Of a stretch of DNA of 47,775 bases, positions 8,262 to 16,756 are shown piece by piece. Positions within the stretch are counted from its first letter, which is position 1, and each line of letters opens with the position of its first letter. This DNA is from a virus. Its lineage: Duplodnaviria; Caudoviricetes. The position numbers and the translations under genes were made by a program. The stretch lies in IMG/VR virus record IMGVR_UViG_3300037445_000040, positions 1-47,775 of that record. One strand, 5' to 3'. The notes beneath the pieces are model-generated. The model saw nothing but the letters and a program-made list of their open reading frames with translations, was not told the origin of the DNA and ran no database searches.

Positions 8262-9517
8262 CCGATCCATCCAGCCCCCCCCCAGTAGAACTTCCGACGA
8301 CCGACGCCCCGGGACAGACCGGCCTGCCGGGCTTCAAAGAGCCCGAGCAGCTCGACCTGCTCTCCGTCGATCCCGACTGGAAGGAGAAGTGGAAGGGGAT
8401 GCCCGACTTCGAGCAACGCGACGAGAGCCCCTGGCAGACGATCCCGGTTCACGTCCGCAACCGCGAGGACCGGAAGAAGCTCGCCGAGCTCCTCGGCCAG
8501 ACGATCACGGACGACACGCGCTCGGTCTGGTTCCCGAAGGCCGAGATCCGGCGCTACGTCGACAAGCTCTACGCGACGGAGGAGAAGGTCCTCCCGAAAT
8601 ACCCGGTTTACGTGATATCGAAGGGCCGCTACGAGAAGCGCCTGACGGCAGACGCGCTCGAGAAGCTCGGGATCCCTTTCTCGATCGTGGTCGAGCCACA
8701 GGAGGAGGAAAACTACCGCGCCGCGATGGAGGGGCAGAAAAATCACACGATCCTCGTCCTCCCGTTCTCGAACCTCGGGCAAGGCTCGATCCCGGCCCGG
8801 AACTGGGTCTGGGAGCACGCGAAGGCCTCGGGCGCCGCGCGGCACTGGATCCTCGACGACAACATCGACGGATTCTACCGGCTCCACGACAACCTCAAGG
8901 TCCCCTGCGGCTCGGGCGCGACCTTCCGGGCGGCCGAGGACTTCGTCGACCGCTACGAGAACGTCGCGATCGCGGGGATGCAGTATTTCATGTTCGCGAG
9001 CCGCAAGACGGTCATCCCGCCGTTCACGCTCAACACGCGGATCTACTCGTGCATCCTGCTGCGGAACGACCTCCCGCACCGCTGGCGCGGTCGCTACAAC
9101 GAGGACACGGACCTCTCGATCCGGCTCCTCAAGGACGGCTTTTGCTCGGTCCTCTTCAACGCCTTCCTCGCCTACAAGATCACGACGATGACGATGAAGG
9201 GCGGGAACACGGACGCGCTCTACAAGATCAAGGAGGGCGAGAAGGACGGGCGGCTCCTGATGGCCGAGTCGCTCAAGGCGCAGCACCCCGAGCTCGTCGA
9301 GATCGTCTGGAAGTGGGGCCGCTGGCAGCACCACGTCAACTACAAGATTTTCCGGGGGAACAAGCTCGTCCCGCGCCCGGACGCGGTCGTCGCCGACGGC
9401 GCGAACAACTACGGGATGGAGCTCAAAGTTTTAACCGACGCCGAGCGCGCCGCGGCGGACGCCGACGGCTCGATCGCCGAGGAGCTAGGCAACGAACAGG
9501 AGAACCCGAACCAATGA
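8258..9517 (+). CDS. TAGT/GREB1-like (TET-associated) glycosyltransferase with fused N-terminal domain
   Basis: YPVYVISKGR, VVEPQE..Y, ARNWVWEH, HWILDDNI, NTRIYSCIL, WRGRYNEDTDLS, KGGNT; N-terminal WKGMPDFEQ...QTIT..TRSVWFP. Confidence 0.85.
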   Translation: MTDPSSPPPVELPTTDAPGQTGLPGFKEPEQLDLLSVDPDWKEKWKGMPDFEQRDESPWQTIPVHVRNREDRKKLAELLGQTITDDTRSVWFPKAEIRRYVDKLYATEEKVLPKYPVYVISKGRYEKRLTADALEKLGIPFSIVVEPQEEENYRAAMEGQKNHTILVLPFSNLGQGSIPARNWVWEHAKASGAARHWILDDNIDGFYRLHDNLKVPCGSGATFRAAEDFVDRYENVAIAGMQYFMFASRKTVIPPFTLNTRIYSCILLRNDLPHRWRGRYNEDTDLSIRLLKDGFCSVLFNAFLAYKITTMTMKGGNTDALYKIKEGEKDGRLLMAESLKAQHPELVEIVWKWGRWQHHVNYKIFRGNKLVPRPDAVVADGANNYGMELKVLTDAERAAADADGSIAEELGNEQENPNQ

Positions 9518-9912
9518 TCGCAACAAAACCGAGACCCCACAAAAACTCCGCCCCCTTCATCGGCGAGGCCGCGCGCGAAGAGGTCGCCAAGATTAAGAAG
9601 CTGACCGGCGAGACCTACGGGTTCCCGGTCGCCGACCTCGAGTCGCGCCACAAGCAGCGCCCGCTCGCGGAGGCCCGCCACGTCGCGATGTGGCTCTGCC
9701 GCCGCCTCGTCAAGACGACGCAGCCCTTCATGCAGGGGCTCTACCCGATCTCGCACCCGGACATCGCGTCGCTCTTCGGCTTCGAGAACCACGGCACGTC
9801 GATGTTCGCCGTCCGCAAGGTCGAGCGCCGCCGCCGAGAGGACGCCGACTTCCGCCTCGCGACGAACGACCTCCTCTTCAAGCTCGACCCGAAGCTGAAG
9901 GAGGTCGCGTGA
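9514..9912 (+). CDS. stand-alone DnaA C-terminal (domain IV)-like HTH protein
   Basis: DLESRHKQRPLAEARHVAMWLCRRL...SHPDIASLFG..NHGTSMFAVRKV. Confidence 0.8.
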   Translation: MIATKPRPHKNSAPFIGEAAREEVAKIKKLTGETYGFPVADLESRHKQRPLAEARHVAMWLCRRLVKTTQPFMQGLYPISHPDIASLFGFENHGTSMFAVRKVERRRREDADFRLATNDLLFKLDPKLKEVA

Positions 9913-10466
9913 CCGCGCGCCTCCCGATCAGCGGAGAATACCCCCCGAACTGGGACGAGATAGGCGACCGCGTCCGGGCGGAGGCTGGCCACCGCTGCGT
10001 CCGCTGCGGGCACCGCTACAAGACCGGGGACCACGGCAAGGGCGAATGGTCTCTCTGCGACGAGCGCTGCCGACACGGAGGCCCGCTCGGCTACCTCTTC
10101 GCGGCCGGAGTCGAGCCCGTCCCGAACGAGTCGCTCACGGCCGCGCAAGTCGCGAAGGCGGTGGCGCGCGGATCGGTCCCGGGCTGCGCCGGCGTCGTCG
10201 CTCAATGGCGCATCCTAACGGTCCACCACCTCGACGGGAACAAGTCGAACTGCGAGTGGTGGAACCTCCTCCCGCTTTGCCAGCGCTGCCACCTGACGGT
10301 CCAGACGCGGCTCAACCCGCAGATCCCCTACTTCCTCGAACACTCGCCGTGGTTCCAGCCCTACGTGGCCGGTTTCTACGCGCACAAATACGAGGGCAAA
10401 ACGATCACCCGCGCGGAGGCCGTCGAGCGACTCGACGAGCTCCTCGCCTACGAAAGGCTCGCATGA
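9909..10466 (+). CDS. HNH endonuclease
   Basis: YPPNWDEI...CVRC...LTVHHLDGNKSNCEWWNLLPLCQRCH. Confidence 0.85.
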   Translation: MTARLPISGEYPPNWDEIGDRVRAEAGHRCVRCGHRYKTGDHGKGEWSLCDERCRHGGPLGYLFAAGVEPVPNESLTAAQVAKAVARGSVPGCAGVVAQWRILTVHHLDGNKSNCEWWNLLPLCQRCHLTVQTRLNPQIPYFLEHSPWFQPYVAGFYAHKYEGKTITRAEAVERLDELLAYERLA

Positions 10467-10870
10467 ACCAAGTTAACGGCAGCAACCACGGAGGCCCGCT
10501 CCACTTAGACGCGAAGCAACGCGCCCAACTCCTCCACAAGATGGGGATCCACGACGGCTGGGTCCTCATGTCCGTCTCCGAGATGTTCAACCTCAAGAAG
10601 GCGATGGACGGATCGACCAAGGAGAACGAGAGGCTGAACAAGCAGACAGCGAGGCTGATCGCGCAGAAGCTCGTCCACGACGCGGTCGCCGACAAGGCGC
10701 TCCGCTCCGCCCGGGAGGCGTTCGCCCTCTTCGCGGAGATGGGCGGAAACTTCGCCTTCCGCGCCGACGCCCTCCGCGAGGTGGCGAACATCGACGAGGC
10801 GCTCTCGATCCTCCCGAGCCCGAAGCCGGCCGCGCCCGAGGAGAAGAAGGAGGACAAACCCAATGGCTGA
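10463..10870 (+). CDS. hypothetical protein
   Basis: ATGA-coupled ORF, predicted helical. Confidence 0.65.
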   Translation: MNQVNGSNHGGPLHLDAKQRAQLLHKMGIHDGWVLMSVSEMFNLKKAMDGSTKENERLNKQTARLIAQKLVHDAVADKALRSAREAFALFAEMGGNFAFRADALREVANIDEALSILPSPKPAAPEEKKEDKPNG

Positions 10871-11195
10871 CGAGGTCGTGATGTTCACCATCTGGATCCG
10901 CAACGACTCGACGAAGGAGGCGACGCAGATCAAGGGGCAAGGGAAGACCCTTCCGGAGGCGTTCAAGGACGGCTGGGAGAACGCGAACGAGGCCTTCCGC
11001 AAGGGTTCGAGCGGCGACTACGTCTCGCTGCCGCACCTCGGCGTGAAGCTCCCGACGGGCGAGGTCGTCTTCCGGTCGCCCGCGAACTTCGCGTCCCCTA
11101 CGCCCTACGACCCCGCGAAGGAGGCGAAAGAGTTCGCCGCGCCGGTTTGCACGGCGCCGCACCCGGTCCACGGGCCTCGGAGGAACGGGATGTGA
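10863..11195 (+). CDS. hypothetical protein
   Basis: Overlapping start; codon bias. Confidence 0.65.
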   Translation: MADEVVMFTIWIRNDSTKEATQIKGQGKTLPEAFKDGWENANEAFRKGSSGDYVSLPHLGVKLPTGEVVFRSPANFASPTPYDPAKEAKEFAAPVCTAPHPVHGPRRNGM

Positions 11196-11485
11196 GGACG
11201 GCGAGCAAGCAAAGGGGAGCGCGTCTCCGGATTTGCGCGTCTTGCGAGTGGGTTTTCGACCGCCGCCCGCCGCAACCGTCCGGCGAGACGGGCGCCGGTT
11301 GCCCGAAGTGCGGCTTCGCGTCCTACGGCGCGCACTGGGTGCTCGGACACGCCTGCTACCGAGTGAAGAGCACGCAGGAGCGGTGGCTCAAGCGTAAGCT
11401 CGACGCCTACGAGTGCGAGCTCCGCCAACAGATCGGGACGGCGAACGCCGAGCGCGACCCGAACGACCTCTTCCGAAAAACATGA
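11192..11485 (+). CDS. zinc-ribbon protein
   Basis: CASC...CPKCG; GTGA overlap. Confidence 0.6.
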   Translation: MRTASKQRGARLRICASCEWVFDRRPPQPSGETGAGCPKCGFASYGAHWVLGHACYRVKSTQERWLKRKLDAYECELRQQIGTANAERDPNDLFRKT

Positions 11486-11763
11486 CCGGGATGGAACACA
11501 TTCAAGACCGGCCGGCGGTCGCGCAATATCTCGGAACGACGCGCCAGACGCTCGGGCACCTGATGCCGGGCTGGGGAAGCTGGGAGCGGCCGCACGTGAT
11601 CAACCGCCGCGGCGGGATCGCTCCTATCTGGGAGGAGAGGCTCCTCGAGAAGGCGCGCAGGTTTTGCCGTCTTTGGTCTTGGATTCGCGGGTTCCGAGGA
11701 GGCAAGTTGACCCGGAAGCGGCTGCGCGCTCTCCGCCGTCGCGCTTCGCTTTTCTACCGATGA
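11482..11763 (+). CDS. basic hypothetical protein
   Basis: ATGA overlaps at both ends. Confidence 0.5.
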   Translation: MTGMEHIQDRPAVAQYLGTTRQTLGHLMPGWGSWERPHVINRRGGIAPIWEERLLEKARRFCRLWSWIRGFRGGKLTRKRLRALRRRASLFYR

Positions 11764-12134
11764 GCACGATGTTTCAGGACGGACCCGCCCGGAACGTGAC
11801 GCTCAACCTCGGGCGGACGCCGCTTTTGCTGCGTGTCACGAAGAGCCGCACGAAGAACACGTGGGACGCCTGCAACGAGCTCGAGGATGAGCCCCGCTCG
11901 GACGAGGAGCTCTTCGCATACCTGCTGATCGACGGCCCCACGCGCTGCTTCGTGCGCCGATCGGGCGGAGGAAGCGGCCTAGTCGTCCTCGCCGCCTACC
12001 GCTTCCTCGACGCCCAGCCGGCCGACTCCGACATGCGGACGAACGACGCGTGGCGGGCATGGTGCTCGGCTAACGACCCGCGCAAAACTCCCCCTTTATG
12101 TTCGACACCTACCAAACCGGCCCCCGGGCCGTAG
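11760..12134 (+). CDS. hypothetical protein
   Basis: ATGA-coupled. Confidence 0.6.
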   Translation: MSTMFQDGPARNVTLNLGRTPLLLRVTKSRTKNTWDACNELEDEPRSDEELFAYLLIDGPTRCFVRRSGGGSGLVVLAAYRFLDAQPADSDMRTNDAWRAWCSANDPRKTPPLCSTPTKPAPGP

Positions 12135-12490
12135 ACGTCCAAGAGACGAGAACAGTAACCGAGAGGCGCGCCCCGACCGACGAGTCGGTCCGCCTCCTCC
12201 GCGAGATGCGCCAAGCCGCCGAGGATTCCCTCGTCGACGTCGTCCAGATCCGCTCGAACCGGCTCGAAGGGAAGTGCTTTTTCTTCGAGCAATACCCGAC
12301 GAACTCGCTCCGCGTCCGGTTCGTCTTCGCCCTCAACGAAACCAAGCTCGACTGGGAGGTCGACGTCGACCGCTTCAAGACGCCCGAGGAGCGGCTCGCC
12401 TTCCTGCACGCCGAGGTGGCCAAGCGGTTTGCGGCCCACCTCCTCGAGGTATTCTCCCCGGAGTTCGCCCGGTCGATCCTCCGAAGATAG
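12098..12490 (+). CDS. hypothetical protein
   Basis: 130-aa ORF with normal codon bias. Confidence 0.65.
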   Translation: MFDTYQTGPRAVDVQETRTVTERRAPTDESVRLLREMRQAAEDSLVDVVQIRSNRLEGKCFFFEQYPTNSLRVRFVFALNETKLDWEVDVDRFKTPEERLAFLHAEVAKRFAAHLLEVFSPEFARSILRR

Positions 12491-12493
12491 GTG

Positions 12494-12575
12494 TTGACCC
12501 CTGCTAACAACTGGGCAACCCTCGGGGCAATCCGGACGTTCCGGAGAAACTACCGACCACTGAATAACGATCAAA
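12494..12575 (+). promoter_or_regulatory. repeated promoter/leader element, copy 2
   Basis: TTGACCCCTGC...GGCAATCCGGACGTTCCGGAGAAACTACCGACCAC; same TTGACC-to-CAAT spacing as copy 1. Confidence 0.8.
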
Positions 12576-13091
12576 ATGAGCACTTACATCACGGCCTACG
12601 AAATCTCGGCCAAGTTCACGAACCTCCTCGCCGCCGAACTTTCCTCGGAAAAGATGGACGCGATCAGCGACGACAACGCGAAAGAGCGCAACCCGAACAT
12701 CTGCCACTCGCACGACCATTGCGACGCCAACGAGGTGATGGCAGCCGCCTTCCTCGCGGTCGTCGGGCGCGAGATGGACCTTCAGAGCGACACGGACGGC
12801 GAGCTCTGGGACCGCGCGTTCAAGGCGTTCCGGTTCTTCGGCGCGCGCGTCGGTCGCGCGCTCTCGGCGGCGGGGTTCCAACTCCAGCACCAAGGCGGCG
12901 GGATGTTCAACTGGCGCAAGGAGGTCGCGAGCGGGCTCGACATGTTCTGCTGCGGCGAGGACGGTCAGGAGCCGGACGACTCCTCGGAATGCACCTTCGG
13001 CGTCGCCCTTCAAGCGTCCGACTCCCTCGCCGACAAGACCTACAAGACGGGACTCGAACTCGCAACGATCCTCAATGCTCGCGCCGCCTAA
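12576..13091 (+). CDS. hypothetical protein, possibly metal-binding
   Basis: CHSHDHCDAN motif; follows the conserved leader. Confidence 0.7.
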   Translation: MSTYITAYEISAKFTNLLAAELSSEKMDAISDDNAKERNPNICHSHDHCDANEVMAAAFLAVVGREMDLQSDTDGELWDRAFKAFRFFGARVGRALSAAGFQLQHQGGGMFNWRKEVASGLDMFCCGEDGQEPDDSSECTFGVALQASDSLADKTYKTGLELATILNARAA

Positions 13092-15006
13092 GCCGCCACT
13101 TCGACTCGTCTCCCTCTTCGCCGGAATCGGCGGCTTCGACCTCGGCTTCGAGCGCGCGGGGATCGAGACGGTCGCCGTCGTCGAGCGCGACGCGAACTGC
13201 CGCAAGCTCCTCGCCGCGAAGTTCCCGAAGGCTCAAGTCTTCGACGACGTTTGCACCGTCGGGAAGCACAACCTGCCGCCGTGCGACATCGTCGTCGGGG
13301 GCTTCCCTTGTCAGGACCTCTCGGTCGAGGGGCTCCGCGCGGGTCTCGCGGGCAAGCGCTCGGGCCTCTTCTACCAGCTCACCAGAATTACCAATGAACT
13401 CCAACCTGCTTTCCTCGTTTGGGAGAATGTTCCCGGACTTCTCTCTTCCAACAACGGGCGAGACTTCCTCGCCGTCCTCGTTGAGCTGGACCGGATCGGG
13501 TATTCTGGAGCGTGGCGACTGCTTGACGCTCAGCACTTCGGAGTGGCCCAGCGCCGCCGAAGGATCTTCGGCGTGTTCGCTCGCGGCGATGCTGGAGCCG
13601 AGCGTTGCGCCGAAATACTTTCTCTCCAAGAAGGCCTGCGCGGGCATCCTCCGCCGCGCCGAGAAGCGGGGCAAAGACCTTCCGGAACAATTAGCTCGCG
13701 CCCTAGCGGGGGTGGCGGGCTCGGGACCGACCACGAGCTCGACGGCGGACTCGTCCCCGCCGTCGCCCGATCCCTTTGCGCCGGACGCGACGGCTACAAC
13801 GACGGGAGCGACCAGACCTACGTCGCCGGAGCGCTCACCTCGGGAGGGGACGGACACTCCGCGGGCTCCGCGACGCTGCAAGACGCGGTGTCGAACCAGC
13901 TCGTCCCGCAAGTCGCCCGAAGCCTGACCGCCGAGCGCGGGCAGCGCAACAACGCGACGGAGCAGAACCTCATCCCCGAGGTCTCGGACCCGATCTCCGC
14001 GAGCGAGGGCAAGACCTACACGCACGAGGGCAAGGGGAACTTCCGGCTCTACAACGTCGTCGCGACCGAGCGGTCGAAGGGCGACGCCTACAAGTGCGGC
14101 GACTGCTCGCACTTCGGGCACCAGACCGAGCACGCGACGAAGTGCCCGCGCTGCGATTCTCCCGACGGTTACTGGAACGTCATGATCGAGCCGACCATCG
14201 GACCCGACGCGGGGAAGGTCTTCGACTTCAACGAGGGCCGCTACAAAAAGCGCCCCGTCGCGTTCTCCGCGAAGGACTCGGGCGCGGACGCTGGCGAACT
14301 TTCCCCGACGCTGCGCGCTGGCAACCACGACGCGAGCCACGAGAACGGCGGCGTCATGCCAGCGATCGCCTTCGACGCGACGCAGATCACGAACCCCGAC
14401 AACCGGAGCAACCCGCAACCGGGCGGACCGTGTCACCCGCTCGCCTCGGGAGCGCACGCGCCAGCCATCGCGATCCAAGCGGGATCGGTTCGGGAGAACC
14501 CCGAGAGCGGGCCCGACGGGGTCGGCGTGTCGTCGAAGGACACCGCCTACACGCTCGAGGCCCGAGCCGAGGTTCAAGCCGTGGCGTTCTCCGCCCGCAA
14601 CCGAGGGCCCGAGCCGAAGGTCGGAAGACCCGAACGAGCTCCCCACGCGATGACCGACAAGGTCGGGGCCCTCGACGCCACGAAGCCGTGGAACGTCGCC
14701 TTTCAAGCGCGGATCGCCCGCAACGGACGAGGCCAGCCCGAGCCGATCTCGCCAGCGCTCAACGGAGCCAACTCCGGCGAGACCTCCGACTCGCGCCCGC
14801 TCGTCGCGACGACCTCCGTTCGCAGGCTCACGCCCCGAGAGTGCGAGCGGCTCCAAGGCTTCCCCGACGACTGGACCGCGGGGTTCGCCGACTCGGTCCG
14901 CTACCGGATGTGCGGGAACGCCGTCGCCGTCCCTTGCTCGGAGTGGATCGCGCGCCGCCTCGTGAAAAGTGCTTTGCCTCTCTCTCCGCTTGAAAAAGCG
15001 CCATAA
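13075..15006 (+). CDS. DNA (cytosine-5)-methyltransferase
   Basis: Motifs I SLFAGIGG, IV GFPCQ, VI ENV, VIII QRRRRIF, IX RRLTPRECERLQGFP, X GNAV. Confidence 0.95.
   Translation: MLAPPKPPLRLVSLFAGIGGFDLGFERAGIETVAVVERDANCRKLLAAKFPKAQVFDDVCTVGKHNLPPCDIVVGGFPCQDLSVEGLRAGLAGKRSGLFYQLTRITNELQPAFLVWENVPGLLSSNNGRDFLAVLVELDRIGYSGAWRLLDAQHFGVAQRRRRIFGVFARGDAGAERCAEILSLQEGLRGHPPPRREAGQRPSGTISSRPSGGGGLGTDHELDGGLVPAVARSLCAGRDGYNDGSDQTYVAGALTSGGDGHSAGSATLQDAVSNQLVPQVARSLTAERGQRNNATEQNLIPEVSDPISASEGKTYTHEGKGNFRLYNVVATERSKGDAYKCGDCSHFGHQTEHATKCPRCDSPDGYWNVMIEPTIGPDAGKVFDFNEGRYKKRPVAFSAKDSGADAGELSPTLRAGNHDASHENGGVMPAIAFDATQITNPDNRSNPQPGGPCHPLASGAHAPAIAIQAGSVRENPESGPDGVGVSSKDTAYTLEARAEVQAVAFSARNRGPEPKVGRPERAPHAMTDKVGALDATKPWNVAFQARIARNGRGQPEPISPALNGANSGETSDSRPLVATTSVRRLTPRECERLQGFPDDWTAGFADSVRYRMCGNAVAVPCSEWIARRLVKSALPLSPLEKAP
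13394..13927 (+). CDS. overprinted ORF resembling the M.EcoHK31I beta polypeptide
   Basis: Alternative frame inside the MTase: MFPD...SWTGSG...SEWPS...SLAAMLE..VAPKYFLSKKACAGILRRAEKRGKDLPEQL. Confidence 0.7.
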   Translation: MNSNLLSSFGRMFPDFSLPTTGETSSPSSLSWTGSGILERGDCLTLSTSEWPSAAEGSSACSLAAMLEPSVAPKYFLSKKACAGILRRAEKRGKDLPEQLARALAGVAGSGPTTSSTADSSPPSPDPFAPDATATTTGATRPTSPERSPREGTDTPRAPRRCKTRCRTSSSRKSPEA

Positions 15007-15027
15007 AGCGCGGAGAACGTCCGCGCG

Positions 15028-15381
15028 ATGCCACGAACGAAGACGAGTTTCGGTCCGGACAACCCGCCGCCGAAGAGCCCGGGCCGACCGAGGTTGACCG
15101 ACGAGGCCAAGCGCAAGGCGCGGCTCCAGCGCGCGGTCGACTACGACTTCAAGCAGGAGTGCCGCGCGATGCTCCCGATCGCGACCGACCAGCTCCTCGA
15201 CGAGCTCGCGAAGGGCAACCTCCGGAAGAAGGGCGAGCTCCTTCGGACGGTCGAGGTCTTGCGCGACTCGGTCCACGGGAAACCGGCGCAGGCGATAACG
15301 GGACCGGACGGCGGACCGCTCGCGTTCACGTTCGCGCAGCTCGTGGCTTCGGTCGACGGCGGGAAGAAGGAAAAGATTTGA
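15028..15381 (+). CDS. terminase small subunit-like protein
   Basis: SFGPDNPP..SPGRP N-terminus and RDSVHGKPAQAITGPDGGPL C-terminus. Confidence 0.55.
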   Translation: MPRTKTSFGPDNPPPKSPGRPRLTDEAKRKARLQRAVDYDFKQECRAMLPIATDQLLDELAKGNLRKKGELLRTVEVLRDSVHGKPAQAITGPDGGPLAFTFAQLVASVDGGKKEKI

Positions 15382-15420
15382 GTTGAACGCGGACCGTGTC
15401 CACGCCTACCGTCCGCTCCC

Positions 15421-15669
15421 ATGACCGCCCGCCAGCAGGAGGCCCTCGACTTCATCCGCGCGAAGCAGCGGATCGTGACGGTCGGGCCGAGCCACCGCGA
15501 GCTCGCCGAGCACATGGGTATCGCGGCGAACGCGGCGCAGCAGAAGGTCAACTTCCTCCGCAAGTCCGGGATGCTCGCGAAGGCGAACGGCCACGGGCTG
15601 GTCCTCACCTCGTCCGCGATCGACTCCAACCCGCGCAAGCCGATCCCCCGCCCGTCGGGACGCCCATGA
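15421..15669 (+). CDS. LexA-type DNA-binding-domain-only regulator
   Basis: MTARQQEALDFIR...GPSHRELAEHMGIAANAAQQKVNFLRKSGML parallels the LexA N-terminus; no peptidase domain. Confidence 0.8.
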   Translation: MTARQQEALDFIRAKQRIVTVGPSHRELAEHMGIAANAAQQKVNFLRKSGMLAKANGHGLVLTSSAIDSNPRKPIPRPSGRP

Positions 15670-15785
15670 GCGCCTTCTTCGACCGCGCGCACCCAATGTT
15701 GGCGGAGGCGATCGGCCTCGGCGCGATCGTCGTCATCCTCGCGGTCTTCGTCTACATCATCACGCACGACGACGGACGCCGCTGA
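15666..15785 (+). CDS. small membrane protein
   Basis: Single hydrophobic helix AIGLGAIVVILAVFVYII. Confidence 0.5.
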   Translation: MSAFFDRAHPMLAEAIGLGAIVVILAVFVYIITHDDGRR

Positions 15786-15814
15786 AACCTTTCGCCCCCG
15801 GGCGAGCAACAACC

Positions 15815-16756
15815 ATGACCGACCAACCAAAGACAGAGGCGCCGCCGGCGGAGAACCCGGTCGTGCCGTTCCCGACCTCGGAGGTCAAGCGCGCCGCCGA
15901 GATCCTCGACGCCAACCCGTGCAAGTCGACGGGGTTGATCGCAGAGCCGCCGAAGCGGAAGCGCGTCGGCGTTATGATCGCCACCCCGCTGAAGCACTTC
16001 GACGGGACGGCCGAGGACCTCGACCGCCAAGTCCCGCAGATCGGGCGGACGCTGCGAGAGCTCGTCGATCGGAAGGCCGAGCACAACTTCACCTTCGAGT
16101 TCGCCGCGGCGTGCGGCGGCTTGTGCTCCGCCCGCAACCGCCTCGTCCACGAGTTCATGAAGACCGACCTCACGTGGTTCTTCCCGTGGGACTCGGACCT
16201 CCACGACGCGAAGGGGACGAACGCCGACGCGGTCCTCCGCATCCTCTCGCAGGGTCAGCCGGTGTGCGGCGGCCTCTACTGCAAGCGCGAGCCCGGTGCT
16301 CGACGCCCGAAGTGGGTCGCGAATTGGCTGAACGGCGCGGTCATCCAGTCCGGCGGCCTCCTGCAGGTCGCCGAGCTCGGCGGCGGGTTCAAGGCCTACA
16401 ACCGCGTCGTCTTCCGCGAGCTCCGGCGCATCTTCGGGGACGAGCCGCTCGCGAAGAAGAAGCCGACGATCCTCTACCGCGAGCGCGAGACCGGCGAGAT
16501 GGTCGCCGCGTTCTACCAGATCACGAACGTCGAGCAGGACCTCCTCTCCGAGGACTTCTTCCTCGACTACCTCTGCCGGTGCGCGGGGATCGGGATCATC
16601 GCGGACACGGTCGTGCGCCTGCGTCAGGTTGAACCGGCGCGCCAGCACGCAAACGGGAGCTGGGATCCTGAGAAGACCTACCCGGCCCTCGACCAACCGT
16701 GGCCGCCGATCCCGGCGGAGGACCTGCCCGAAACCCCCAACCTAACCACGCCATGA
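15815..16756 (+). CDS. GT-A fold glycosyltransferase
   Basis: VMIATP, ARNRLV..FM, WDSD (DxD), VCGGLY, GGGF, LLSEDFF. Confidence 0.8.
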   Translation: MTDQPKTEAPPAENPVVPFPTSEVKRAAEILDANPCKSTGLIAEPPKRKRVGVMIATPLKHFDGTAEDLDRQVPQIGRTLRELVDRKAEHNFTFEFAAACGGLCSARNRLVHEFMKTDLTWFFPWDSDLHDAKGTNADAVLRILSQGQPVCGGLYCKREPGARRPKWVANWLNGAVIQSGGLLQVAELGGGFKAYNRVVFRELRRIFGDEPLAKKKPTILYRERETGEMVAAFYQITNVEQDLLSEDFFLDYLCRCAGIGIIADTVVRLRQVEPARQHANGSWDPEKTYPALDQPWPPIPAEDLPETPNLTTP

